Shown piece after piece: positions 39,264-51,279 of a stretch of 64,000 nucleotides of DNA. The notes below the pieces were generated by a model that did no database searches, was not told the origin of the DNA, and saw nothing but the letters and a program-made list of their open reading frames with translations. A program made the position numbers and the translations under genes. The stretch comes from Eledone cirrhosa. Taxonomy: Eukaryota. The stretch covers positions 91,388,001-91,452,000 of the forward strand of contig OZ024743.1 of assembly GCA_964016885.1 (NCBI GenBank), written 5' to 3'. How positions within the stretch are numbered: position 1 is the first letter of the stretch; each line of letters begins with the position of its first letter.

Positions 39264-39576
39264 TATCATCATCATCATCATTTCATTTTACGTCCACTTT
39301 TTCCCTGCTTGCAAGGGTGGGACGGGAACTGATTCTGGCTTGATTTCTACAGCTGGATGCCTTTCCTAACACCAACCTCATTTACAGTGAGTGCTGGGTG
39401 CCTTTTTGCCGTGGCACCTCCAAAACCATTTTGCAGTGGAATGATAGGGACCCCAGCTGAGTAAACTGGAGCAATGTGAAATAAAGTGTCTTGCTCAAGG
39501 AAACAACACATCACCCGGTCTGAGAATTGAACTCACAACTTTCGATTGCAAGGCCAATGCTCTAACCACTAAGCCA
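39264..39576 (-). mobile_element. CORE-like SINE with RTE tail
   Basis: Reverse complement of 1061-1393. Confidence 0.9.
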
Positions 39577-39708
39577 TACGTACATATATATATGTGTGCA
39601 TGTATGTGTATCATACATGCACACATGTCAAACGTTCAATCATCTGACAGGAAGGTATACAATGCTGACGATAGCTAATAAGCTTGAAACTAGTTCATCG
39701 TTCCTTTG

Positions 39709-41936
39709 TCATCATCATCATCAACATTTAACGTCCGTGTTCCACGCTTGCATGGGTTTGGACGGGGGTTTTCCCACTTGAGGCAAGAGTGATTGTCTTG
39801 TTCGCATAGGACTGTCTGGCAGGTTTTCTACAGTTGGATACCCTTCCTAACACCAACCACATTTACAGTGTGGGTCTGGGAGGTTTTTACCGTGTTGCCT
39901 ACACGGCCACATTACAGCGTGGACTGTGTGTTTTTTTGTCGTGACACCTACACGATCTCATTTGTTTCGGCCTGGATGGTGTGGCACCAACATAACTTTA
40001 CATAGAGGGGGGGTGGGGATGGGGGGGGCGGGTATTTTGTTAGAGATGCCTACTGCAGGTAGTAGGTTTTACTATGTATTTAGGTAAGGCGGGTCTTCTC
40101 TATTACTGAGTACCGCCAAAGGTCTCGGTCCAGTGACATTGTCTTGGAGAGGTGTAAGTGTGTGAGGTCGGAGTTTATCAGCTCGTCCCAGGTTTTTCTA
40201 GGTCTGCCTATTCCGTGGCTACCGTCTATCTTTATTGCCCTGCACTTTGTTATACAGCTATCGACTTTCATGTGCATCACGTGTCCATACCAACGTGGCC
40301 TTCTCTCGAGTAAACAACATCTGAATCCTCTTATTTCTAATTTTTTCCTTAGTTCGTTTATGCTTTGCCGTTCACATATATTACTATTACACATCCAGCG
40401 GAGCATGCAAGCTTCGTTCCTCTCTAGTCTGCGTATATCCTCTGCACACAATGCCCAGGTCTCACTGCCATGCAACATTGCTGTTCGTATGCAGGCATCA
40501 TACAACCTGCCTTTCATTTTTAGGGAGAACCCTTTAGCGGCTAATAGTGGTATAAGCTCTCTGAACTTTTTCCATCCAGTTCTGACTCTAGCTACTGTAC
40601 TTTCGGAGCACCCTCCCCCACTGCTGATTTTGTCACCCAGGTAACGGAAGCTGTCCACTATTTCTATAGAGCCCCCTGCGCAGTTGAAAGAGCTAGTGGC
40701 ACTTGCTGCTACTTATTGTGGGCACTTGCTGCTACTTATTGCACCAGAGCACCAGCCACATGTAAAATCTATGTTCTTAGTTAGCTTACCTGTGGTCCCA
40801 CTACATCTTTTATGCACCCATACTTTGCATTTGGGACATAAAATGGAGTTTCTACCTACGCCTTTCCTACACACTGAGCATGGCCATTTCCCGGAAGGGA
40901 CCGCTGCCTTATTTTCTTTCCTACAAACTAGAACTTTAGTCTTAGCCAGGTTAATTTTAAGGCCTTTTGATTCTAGGCCGTGCTTCCATGTTTGGAATTT
41001 CTTCTCTAGCTCGGCCATTGATTCAGCTATGAGTGTTAGGTCGTCTGCGTATAGGAGTTCCCATGGGCAGCCGGTCTTGAACTCCTCTGTTATAGCCTGA
41101 AGGGCAATAATAAATAGTAGGGGGCTGAGAACAGAGCCCTGATGGACGCCAACTTTTACGCTAAACTCTTCACTATATTCGTTGTTAATTCTAACCTTGC
41201 TGACTGTTTTCTAAGGGCCCACCAGATAATGGAACGGGGGACTCTGTCGAAGGCTTTCTCCAAGTCGACAAAAGCTAAGTAGAGGGGTTTACCTTTAGCT
41301 AGGTATTTCTCCTGTAGTTGTCGTACAATGAAAAGAGCGTCTGTGGTACTTTTGCCTGACACAAACCCGAACTGCATTTCATCTAGGTCAATTATCTCTC
41401 TGATTAGTTGCGCTATTACTTTTTCCGTGACCTTCATGACCTGGTCGATTAATTTAATGCCTCTATAGTTACTCCTATCTAGGGCATCTCCTTTACCCTT
41501 ATAACAGTTAACGATGATGCTGCTATGCCAGTCCTTCGGAACAACCCCATTCTGTACGACTTGGTTAACTATCCGGGTGACCATGGTGTGTCCCACCGTG
41601 CCAGATGCCTTCAGCATCTCAGCAACTATTTCCGAAGGCCCAGCCGCCTTACCCGTCTTCATATCCTTGATTGCCTTACTTATTATACTACCCTCGACTA
41701 ACACTGCTGGTCCCTCTATTGGGTCGATGTGGGGGAGACTGTCTTTTTCCCATTTATTCTCCTCATTTAGTAGCCTTTCATAGTGACACTTCCAAGCTAC
41801 CTTCTTATCAGCGTCGGTGATGGCAAGTACGCCGACATCATTAAGTACACACTTCTCCCCGACAATATCACGGTTTTCCTTGACACATTGCCTAGTAATC
41901 CTGAACACCTCACGTTTTAGGTCCTCGCGTTGTAGA
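39709..41936 (-). mobile_element. 5'-truncated RTE LINE (RT+PHD, 3'UTR, tail)
   Basis: ORFs 41156-42052, 40713-41018 and 40080-40658; ~50-bp deletion at ~41210 and ~22-bp duplication at ~40698-40741. Confidence 0.95.
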
Positions 41937-42584
41937 CAGTGTTGAATAAAAGAGCAACGATGGTTGCCGAACACTGTACGGCTTAATTTGGGCTGTTTGT
42001 TTACAAATAAACCGAACATTATAATAAACGTTCGGTAAACCCATACGTACATATATATGTGTGTGCATGTATGTGTATATATACATACTACTGTACGTCT
42101 GTATACATATATGTATGTGTGAATACATACTTACATTTAAGTATCGGCCGTACTAAGAGTGAGAAATGAAATTTCATTTCATTCTTTTCCATTTATCGTT
42201 TTCGGTACGCCCGGCCGACTAACTCACTCGATATGCAAATTAGGCTGCTCAGCCATTAATATGCATAAGAAAAGTATATACTTTCAAGCGTTCAGTCATC
42301 TGACAGGAAGGTATACAATGCTGACGATAGCTAATAAGCTTGAAACTAGTTCATCGTTCCTTAGTCCGTGTTGAACAAAAGGGTAACGATGGTAGCCGAA
42401 CACTGTATAGCTTAATTCGGGCTGTTTGTTTACAAACAAACCGAAACATTATAATAAATGTTCGGCAAACCCATACGTACATGTATATATGTGTGCATGT
42501 ATGTGTATATATACATACTACTGTACGTCTGTATACATATATGTATGTATGTACACAAACAAATATATATATATATATATATAT

Positions 42585-43215
42585 ATCATCACCGTTTTAC
42601 GTCCGATCTTCCATGCTAGCATGGGTTAGACGGGTTGACCTGTTGTGGGCAGTGTCTAGTCGGCTGACCATGCCTTGCTCATACAGGAACTGATTTTGGC
42701 TTGATTTCTACAGCTGGATGCCCTTCCTAACACCAACCTCATTTACAGTGAGTGCTGGGTGCTTTTTCCGTGGCGCCTACACGTCCACTTTCCAGTGTGG
42801 GCTGGGTGCTTTTTTGCCGTGGCACCTCCACGACCACTTTGCAGTGGGAGGGTGTGGGGGCATATTGTCTATATGCTTCAGCTTGTACCCATGGGAGGTC
42901 GGGTACTCTGTATTACTGCGTGACGCCAGAGGTCACGGTCGTGTGTCATCGCCTTTGAAAGGTGTAATTGGGTAAGGTCGGCTTTTACCACTTCATCCCA
43001 GGTCGTCTTGGGTCTCCTCACTCCGCGGTTTCCATTGACTTCTAGTGCTCTGCACCTTTTTATGCAGCTGTCATCCTTCATACGCATCACATGTCCATAC
43101 CAACGCAACCGCCTCTCCTGCACACAGTATTTGATTCCTCTTATGCTCAGTCTCTCTCTCTCAATTCATTCATGCTTTGCCGTTCGTGTATATTACTATT
43201 ACACATTCATCGGAG
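42585..43215 (-). mobile_element. Sister RTE subfamily 3' fragment
   Basis: QERRLRWYGHVMRMKDDSCIKRC; (TA)n on both sides. Confidence 0.9.
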
Positions 43216-43234
43216 CATGCAGGCTTTGTTTCAT

Positions 43235-43270
<36 letters not shown>

Positions 43271-43399
43271 GATATACATTTATATATATATATATACATT
43301 ATATATATATATATATACATATAACGAAGGAAGTGTGGTAAGGAACTAGGTGGACCATAAAGGCTTGAGCGCTGTTGTTGGGGTCTTGAACATTTTCCT

Positions 43400-43431
<32 letters not shown>

Positions 43432-43465
43432 TTATACATATATATATATATATATACATTTATAC

Positions 43466-43499
<34 letters not shown>

Positions 43500-43501
<2 letters not shown>

Positions 43502-43810
43502 CATCATCATCATCATTTTACATCCGCTTTTTCCCTGCTTAAAAGGGTGGGACGGGAACTGATTTGGCTTGATTTCTACAGCTGGATGCCCTTCCTAAGA
43601 CCAACCTCATTTACAGTGAGTGCTGGGTGCTTTTTTGCCATGGCACCTCCACGACCACTTTGCAGTGGAATGATAGGGACCCCAGTCCTATCATCTCATT
43701 TTTATAGCTGAGTAAACTGGAGCAATGTGAAATAAAGTGCCTTGCTCAAGGAAACAACACATCACCCGGTCTGAGAATTGAACTCACAACCTTTCGATTG
43801 CAAGGCCAAT
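43500..43810 (-). mobile_element. CORE-like SINE with RTE tail
   Basis: As 1061, lacking the first ~20 nt. Confidence 0.9.
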
Positions 43811-44224
43811 ATATTGATATATATATATTTGAAAAAAAGGAAAAGAATGACTTCACGTGTAGTTTTAAATAATTTGATTTAATTTTATAATATTATAATA
43901 TTATGAGTTAGTAGATATTCAAACAAGCCTATATATCATAAGCTGTTGATAGGCTTTCATTGAGTGTCAGTTGTGTCAACAGACACATATGAGTTGCCAT
44001 CAGAGTTACCATAAAAGTATGTTAGTCCTCAATGTTGGCCTTTATAATCTGTCAACATTGTGAATAGATAAACCTCACAAACAGACACAACACTGTTTCC
44101 TACTATTGTGGTACCAGGTGAGGTTAAGTACAATATCAGATAAAATTTTATAACTATAATAATGGAAAGGTCGCACAAAATTAGGTTTAATGTTTTTTTT
44201 AGCTGCCTACCATTTTAACATATG

Positions 44225-46793
44225 CTCTATCTGGTCATTTACAGTTCAGTGTGTTGTCTACCTGTCCATTTTCAGTACGTGTGTGTGTGAGTATGTGATC
44301 TACATGGTCGGTTACAGTTTAGTGTGTGTGTGTGTGATCTACATGGTCGGTTACAGTTTAGTGTGTGTGGTCTACTTGGTCATTTACAGTTCAGTGTGTG
44401 GTCTACCTGGTTATTTGCAGTTCAGTGTGTGGTCTACCTGGTTATTTACAGTCCAGTGTGTGGTCTACCTGGTTATTTACAGTTCAGTGTGTGGTCTACC
44501 TGGTTATTTACAGTTCAGTGTGTGGTCTACCTGGTTATTTACAGTTCAGTGTGTGGTCTACCTGGTTATTTACAGTCCAGTGTGTGGTCTACCTGGTCAT
44601 TTACAGTCCAGTGTGTGGTCTACCTGGTCATTTACAGTTCAGTGTGTGGTCTACCTGGTCATTTACAGTTCAGTGTGTGGTCTACCTGGTTATTTACAGT
44701 TCAGTGTGTGGTCTACTTGGTTATTTACAGTCCAGTGTGTGGTCTACCTGGTTATTTACAGTTCAGTGTGTGGTCTACCTGGTTATTTACAGTCCAGTAT
44801 GTGGTCTACCTGGTTATTTACAGTCCAGTATGTGGTCTACCTGGTTATTTACAGTCCTTTTGGTGGTCTACCTGGTTATTTACAGTTCAGTGTGTGGTGT
44901 ACCTGGTCATTTACAGTCCTGTGTGTGGTCTACCTGGTTATTTACAGTTCAGTGTGGTCTACCTGGTTATTTACAGTCCAGTATGTGGTCTACCTGGTTA
45001 TTTACAGTCCAGTGTGTGGTCTACCTATTCATTTACAGTTCAGTGGGTGGTCTACCTGGTTATTTACAGTCCAGTGTGTGGTCTACCTGGTCATTTACAG
45101 TTTAGTGTGTGGTCTACCTAGTTATTTACAGTCCAGTGTGTGGTCTACCTGGTTATATAGGCCAGTGTGTGGTCTACCTGGTCATTTACAGTTCAGTGTG
45201 TGGTCTACCTATTCATTTACAGTTCAGTGTGTGGTCTACCTGGTCATTTACAGTTCAGTGTGTGGTGTACCTGGTCATTTACAATCCTGTGTGTGGTCTA
45301 CCTGGTTATATAGGCCAGTGTGTGGTCTACCTGGTCATTTACAGTCCAGTGTGTGGTCTACCTGGTCATTCACAGTTCAGTGTGTGGTCTACCTGGTTAT
45401 TTACAGTTCAGTGTGTGGTGTACCTGGTCATTTACAGTTCAGTGTGTGGTCTACCTGGTCATTTACAGTCCAGTGTGTGGTCTACCTGGTCATTTACAGT
45501 CCAGTATGTGGTCTACCTGGTTATTTACAGTTGTGTGTGGTCTACCTGGTTATATACAGTCCAGTGTGTGGTCTACCTGGTCATTTACAGTTCAGTGTGT
45601 GGTCAACCTGATCATTTAGTTCAGTGTGTGCTCTACCTGGTTATTTACAGTTCAGTGTGTGCTCTACCTGGTTATTTACAGTCCAGTGTGTGGTCTACCT
45701 GGTTATTTGCAGTTCAGTGTGTGGTCTACCTGGTCATTTACAGTTCAGTGTGTGGTCTACCTGGTCATTTACAGTTCAGTGTGTGGTCTACCTGGTTATT
45801 TACAGTCCAGTGTGTGGTCAACCTGGTCATTTACAGTTCAGTGTGTGGTCTACCTGGTTATTTGCAGTTCAGTGTGTGGTCTACCTGGTTATTTACAGTT
45901 CAGTGTGTGGTCTACCTGGTTATTTACAGTTCAGTGTGTGGTCTACCTGGTCATTTACAGTTCAGTGTGTGGTCTACCTGGTTATTTACAGTTCAGTGTG
46001 GTGTACCTGGTCATTTACAGTCCTGTGTGTGGTCTACCTGGTCATTTACAGTCCTGTGTGTGGTCTACCTGGTTATTTACAGTTCAGTGTGTGGTCTACC
46101 TGGCTATTTACAGTTCAGTGTGTGGTCTACCTGGTTATATACAGTCCAGTGTGTGGTCTACCTGGTTATTTACAGTTCAGTGTGGTCTACCTGGTCATTT
46201 AAAGTTCTGTGTGTGCTCTACCTGGTTATTTACAGTCCAGTGTGTGGTCAACCTGGTCATTTACAGTTCAGTGTGTGGTCAACCTGGTCATTTACAGTTC
46301 AGTGTGTGGTCTACCTAGTCATTTACAGTTCAGTGTGTGGTCAACCTGGTCATTTACAGTTCAGTGTGTGGTCTACCTGGTCATTCAGTTCATTGTGTGG
46401 TCTACCTGGTTATTTACAGTTCAGTCTGTGACCTACCTGTCCATTTACAGTTCTGTGTGTGGTTTACTTGGTCATTTACAGTTCAGTGTGTGGTCTACCT
46501 GGTTATTTACAGTTCAGTGTGTGGTCTACCTGGTTATTTACAGTTCAGTGTGTGGTCTACCTGGTCATTTACAGTTCAGTCTGTGACCTACCTGTCCATT
46601 TACAGTTCAGTGTGTGGTTTACTTGGTCATTTACAGTCCAGTGTGTGATCTACCTGGTTATTTACACCATACTGTATGGTTTACCTGGTCATTTACAGTA
46701 CAGGTGTGTAGTCTACCTGGTCATTTACTGTTGTGTGTGTGATCTACCTGGTTATTTACAATACAGGTGCATGATCTATCTGGTCATTTACAG
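44225..46793. repeat. 31-bp minisatellite (~80 units)
   Basis: Unit GTCTACCTGGTTATTTACAGTTCAGTGTGTG. Confidence 0.98.
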
Positions 46794-47086
46794 CAGCAGT
46801 CGCCAACCTTTCCGACCTCTAAATTCATAATTTTAAATCCTGTAGACCACTAATATGAATTAATGGTCAATGGTGGAAACAATACTGAAGTGTATGTGTG
46901 TCATATTGTCAAGAGATGATACAAAAGTGTAACATTATTTCATGGATGTTAATTCTTTACTGAGGAGAAACATTTTTTGGTTATAAAATATATTTTAACC
47001 AAATATTTTTGTTTTATTATAAATAAAACATAAAAATTGCAAATAATGTCCACATTTTTCTGTGTACCACTGATTGGCAACCGCTG
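46794..47086. mobile_element. hAT-type MITE, 293 bp
   Basis: Imperfect TIRs CAGCAGTCGCCAA / TTGGCAACCGCTG; 8-bp TSD ATTTACAG / ATATACAG. Confidence 0.75.
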
Positions 47087-47439
47087 ATATACAGTACATG
47101 TGTGTGATGTACCTGGTCATTCACAGTACAGGTGTATTGCTCTTTTATATAGACAGGTCAAGAAAACACAGGTAATAAATTCATACTATGAAAGGTCACA
47201 AAACAATAACCTCAGCTGAGGTCATTACACAATTGAGGTCAGGTCATTACCAGTTGAGGTCACAGTAAAGAGGCCAGATGAGGTCATGATAGATCAGTCA
47301 GATCAGGTCATTACAGTGCTGAGGTCACGGTAGAGAGGTCAGCTGTGGTGATTACAGGGCTGAGGTTCAGCTCAATACACAATGTCAACTACAGATACTC
47401 TGACAGACACCACACTAATGTAACTCATTATTATTAGTA

Positions 47440-47645
47440 TAGGTAGACCATCGGACAACATGCTTTGTGGTATAGAGTTACGACCCTTTACGTTCTGAGT
47501 TCAAATCCCACCGAGGTTCACTTTGCCGTTCATCGTTACGGGATCGGTAAAATAAAGTATCAGTAAGACACTGGTGTTAATTTAATTGATTTAACCTTTC
47601 CCAAAAATTGTTGGCCTTGTGCCTAAACCAAAAACCATTATTATT
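47440..47645 (+). mobile_element. Meta-like SINE
   Basis: Family consensus blocks present. Confidence 0.8.
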
Positions 47646-48084
47646 ATTAATAATAACACAGGGTTACATTAATAATATTAATCTAGTCTAGCTGGGTGAA
47701 GAGGATGTGACTTTAGAAGAGCAAGAATGATGTTGTGAGTCAAGAATACCTGAAAGAAGGTGCCACCGGATCAGCCAACACCGTGAAGCAGAGGCCTTTT
47801 TAATAACAGTGGTTAAAGCAGAGAGAGGAAATAACTACTTTGTAAGCCAGTGACTGGTGTATGTGTGTCAATGTATGTGTGTGTTTATATGTGTGTGTTT
47901 ATATGTGTGTGTATGTGTGTACTATAACTGCATCACATTAGAAATTAAAAACTTTAGAAGCCAATCTGATGAAGTGTACCTTGTCAGAATGATTTGGTCT
48001 GAGGTATATCAAAGATACACATGACTGGAATATTCAGCCACATACACACTAATACAATGAGTAGATAGACCAGTTGATTAAACA

Positions 48085-48550
48085 GTGTCAAAATTGACAA
48101 GAAACGCCTAACTTTTACTTATCAAAACTAACAAGAAACCCATAACATTTACTTACCAAAACTGACAAGAAACCCCTAAATTTTACTTGTCAAAACTGGC
48201 AAGAATAAGAAACCCTTAATTTTACTTAATGTGTAGGAGTAAAACACTCAAGTGAGCAAACCGCTAACTTTTACTTGTCAAAACTAACAAGAAACCCCCA
48301 CCTCCCAAACATTTACTTGTCAAAATTGACAAGAAAGCCCTAATTTTTACTTAGGGTGTAGAAGTAAAACAATTAAGTGAGGTGGCCCATAACTTTTGTC
48401 AAAACTGACAAGAAACCTCTAACTTTTACTAATCGAAACTGACAAGGAAGCTCTAATTGTTACTTAGGTTAAAGAAGTAAAACATTCAAGTAAAACTGAT
48501 AAGAAGCCCCAAACATTAACTTAATCTGTAGAAGTAAAACAATCAAGTAA
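48085..48550. repeat. Degenerate ~35-bp tandem repeat
   Basis: Unit AAAACTGACAAGAAACCCCTAACTTTTACTTGTC. Confidence 0.85.
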
Positions 48551-48947
48551 ACATAGTTTCTGGTAGAGTTGATATGGCATGATTAACTTATGGGTTCAAC
48601 CCTACATGAGATATTTCATTATATTTCTGTAAATTATTCTCCATGGTCACAGTTCATCAGAGAACAGACTGGAATTCTATCTATTGAGAGATATATCTAT
48701 TCTCAGCATCATACTATTTCTATTGACTAGGAATAAATTATCTTATCTTACAGTAGAGGACCAGGCAATGTATTATATCCTTGAACAAGACACTTTATTT
48801 CATGTTGCTCTTTCTGCCAGGAGTTGCAACTGGTAGATAGTATCAGTAATGAAATGACCAATGGAAACATTGTTTCCTTGGTCCAATTTGATGAAGTTCC
48901 ACCCCATATGGTAAGTAAATGATGTCTGGAATTTTGTCAATTGTTCT

Positions 48948-49125
48948 CAGAAGGGGAAGTCCAACAAAGACTTGGACAGAGGTGGTGAGAACTGATCTCA
49001 AATTGCTGAAACTCACAGAGATGACAATGAAAGAATGCAACAAGTGGAGAGATGCTGTTCTGGAAAAGACATGTCCTACCCACGCAAACATAGAAAAACA
49101 AACATAAAATGATGATGATGATGGT
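48948..49125 (+). mobile_element. Old RTE 3' end
   Basis: RRGSPTKTWTEVVRTDL followed by (ATG)n. Confidence 0.7.
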
Positions 49126-49674
49126 GGTGGTGGTGGTGAAGATGATGATGATGATGATGTCAATGATAGTGATGATGATGATACACTAAATTACTTGACT
49201 GTGTATCATATGTTCTTCCATATCAATTAACAGGGTACAGCCCAAACACCACTCTGTATACAGTCTGTAACCCTCTCCCCTTCCCCCTTTCTTTTTTCCT
49301 TTGTCTAATAGTCCTTGCTTTTCCCCTCCTTTTCCTTTCATTTATGGCATTTAGTCCTTTCCAATACTGCTTTCTTTTTCTGTATGTTTAACTGAATAAA
49401 AATTGTTCTTTTAGAATTAATAGACATGATGTAATTTAGGTAAACTGAGACATAAATTTAAGATGACTAAAGTTATTGGTGTGTCACCTGTTTACATGTA
49501 CTCTCAGGTCCAACCAACAGTGTACCTCTATCACATAAGAAACTGAAGTTTCTCATCCAGGCCACCACAAAGCTCTTGAGAATCATGTATGTAAAAATTA
49601 TTATATACACACAGAAAGGAAGTATCTAGGAATCATGGCAGAGTTATTATCTATATAATGATAATAATGAAATT

Positions 49675-49920
49675 ATTGGGTAGTGCTCAGGTGCACTACA
49701 ACTCATCAAAGGTGCATGTATAGTACATAGAATAATGTACAAATGTCAGGAAAGTGAACAGTGTATGAGTCATGATATGCATGTGTGCTCGTGTATGGAG
49801 GGGGGGATATCAGGTATAGTGTTGGCGAATTTTGGGAAGCATGGAGGTTTTAAAGGGTGCAGTGTCTTGGCAGCTAACAACTGATACAGGTAGTTTGTTC
49901 CATGCTGAGTGTGAAAAAAT
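49675..49920 (-). mobile_element. CR1-like LINE 3' remnant
   Basis: AWNKLPVSVVSCQDTAPFK. Confidence 0.55.
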
Positions 49921-49929
49921 ATTTTTGAT

Positions 49930-50875
49930 GTAATGTAAAAGCTAAAGGATTAAAGAACTGGTACCTGTTGATATAAAAGGTCTGTCTACCACAGGTAATA
50001 TTCTATTAAAAAATTGGTTCCTGTTGATATAGGAGGTCTGTCTGTTTACCACAGGTAATGTTCTATAAAGAACTGGTACCTGTTGATATAGGAGGTCTGT
50101 CTGTTTACCACAGGTAATGTTCTATAAAGAACTGGTACCTGTTGATATAGGAGGTCTGTCTGTTTACCACAGGTAATGTTCTATAAAGAACTGGTACCTG
50201 TTGATATAGGAGGTCTGTCTGTTTACCACAGGTAATGTTCTATAAAGAACTGGTACCTGTTGATATAGGAGGCCTGTCTGTTTACCACAGGTAATGTTCT
50301 ATAAAGAACTGGTACCTGTTGATATAGGAGGCCTGTCTGTTTACCACAGGTAATGTTCTATAAAGAACTGGTACCTGTTGATATAGGAGGCCTATATCAA
50401 CAGGTACCAGTTCCACCTTCTTTCAGGTATTCTTGACTCACAACATCATTCTTGCTCTTCTTATGTCTGTCACAAGTAATGTTCTATAAAGAACTGGTAA
50501 CTGTTGACATATGGGGGGGGGGGTCTGTTTGTCTACCACAGGTAATGTTCCTTAGAAGGCTGGTACCTCTTGGTACAAGAGGGTGAACTGTTTCATACTT
50601 TTATTGGGTACCAGCCTTCTAAGGAACATTACATGTGGTAGACAGACAGACCCCCTATGTCAACAGTTACCAGTTCTTTATAGAATATTACTTGTGACAG
50701 ACAGGCCTCCTATATCAACAGGTACCAGTTCTTTTTAGAACATTACCTGTGGTAGACAGACAGGCCTCCTATATTAACAGGTACCAGTTCTTTATAGAAC
50801 ATTACCTGTGGTAAACAGACAGACCTTCTATATCAACAGGTACCAGTTCTTTAATCCTTTAGCTTTTACATTACT
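49930..50875. repeat. Palindromic block built from a 59-bp minisatellite
   Basis: Forward units 49955-50390 and 50465-50570; inverted units 50607-50850. Confidence 0.92.
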
Positions 50876-51045
50876 CTATAGTCACTATTATATTTTCACA
50901 GTAAAGTACCTCATATAATTATCTCACATATTATCGAATCTATGAGATTCTGATATTTATTTTGAGAACAATATCTTAACATCAGTATAAGTGGCTGGTT
51001 ACTGCTGGTTTGAATAGAAAGAGATAAGAGAATTCTGGTCAGATG
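50851..51045. mobile_element. Second copy of the piggyBac-type MITE (right end lost)
   Basis: Homologous to 1587-1780 (ATAATTATCTCACATA...ATCGAATCTATGAGA). Confidence 0.8.
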
Positions 51046-51279
51046 CAACCAGTACCTGTGATAGACAAACTTCCTATGGGCAGGAATGTGTTCATACTTC
51101 CTATTCAATTAATATTCCTGGTTCTGAGAGGCTCTATCAGTTTATGTGATTAAGAGAGACACCATGATAATATCCTGAGTTACCTTATCAACACGTGTTT
51201 AGATTGTGTTGCTGGGTTGGCCAAAGAGTTCAACTACAATGTTCAAGTGTCTATACACACACAGATAGCTGGTTGTAAC

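Larger units (their letters stand above)
38895..42560. repeat. ~430-bp repeat in tandem and inverted copies, interrupted by a SINE and an RTE
   Basis: CATTATAATAAA at 42017 and 42447; inverted copy at ~38895-39210. Confidence 0.85.

Noticed and set aside
44190-46830. ORFs up to 473 aa that look membrane-protein-like
   Set aside because: 31-bp minisatellite read in rotating frames
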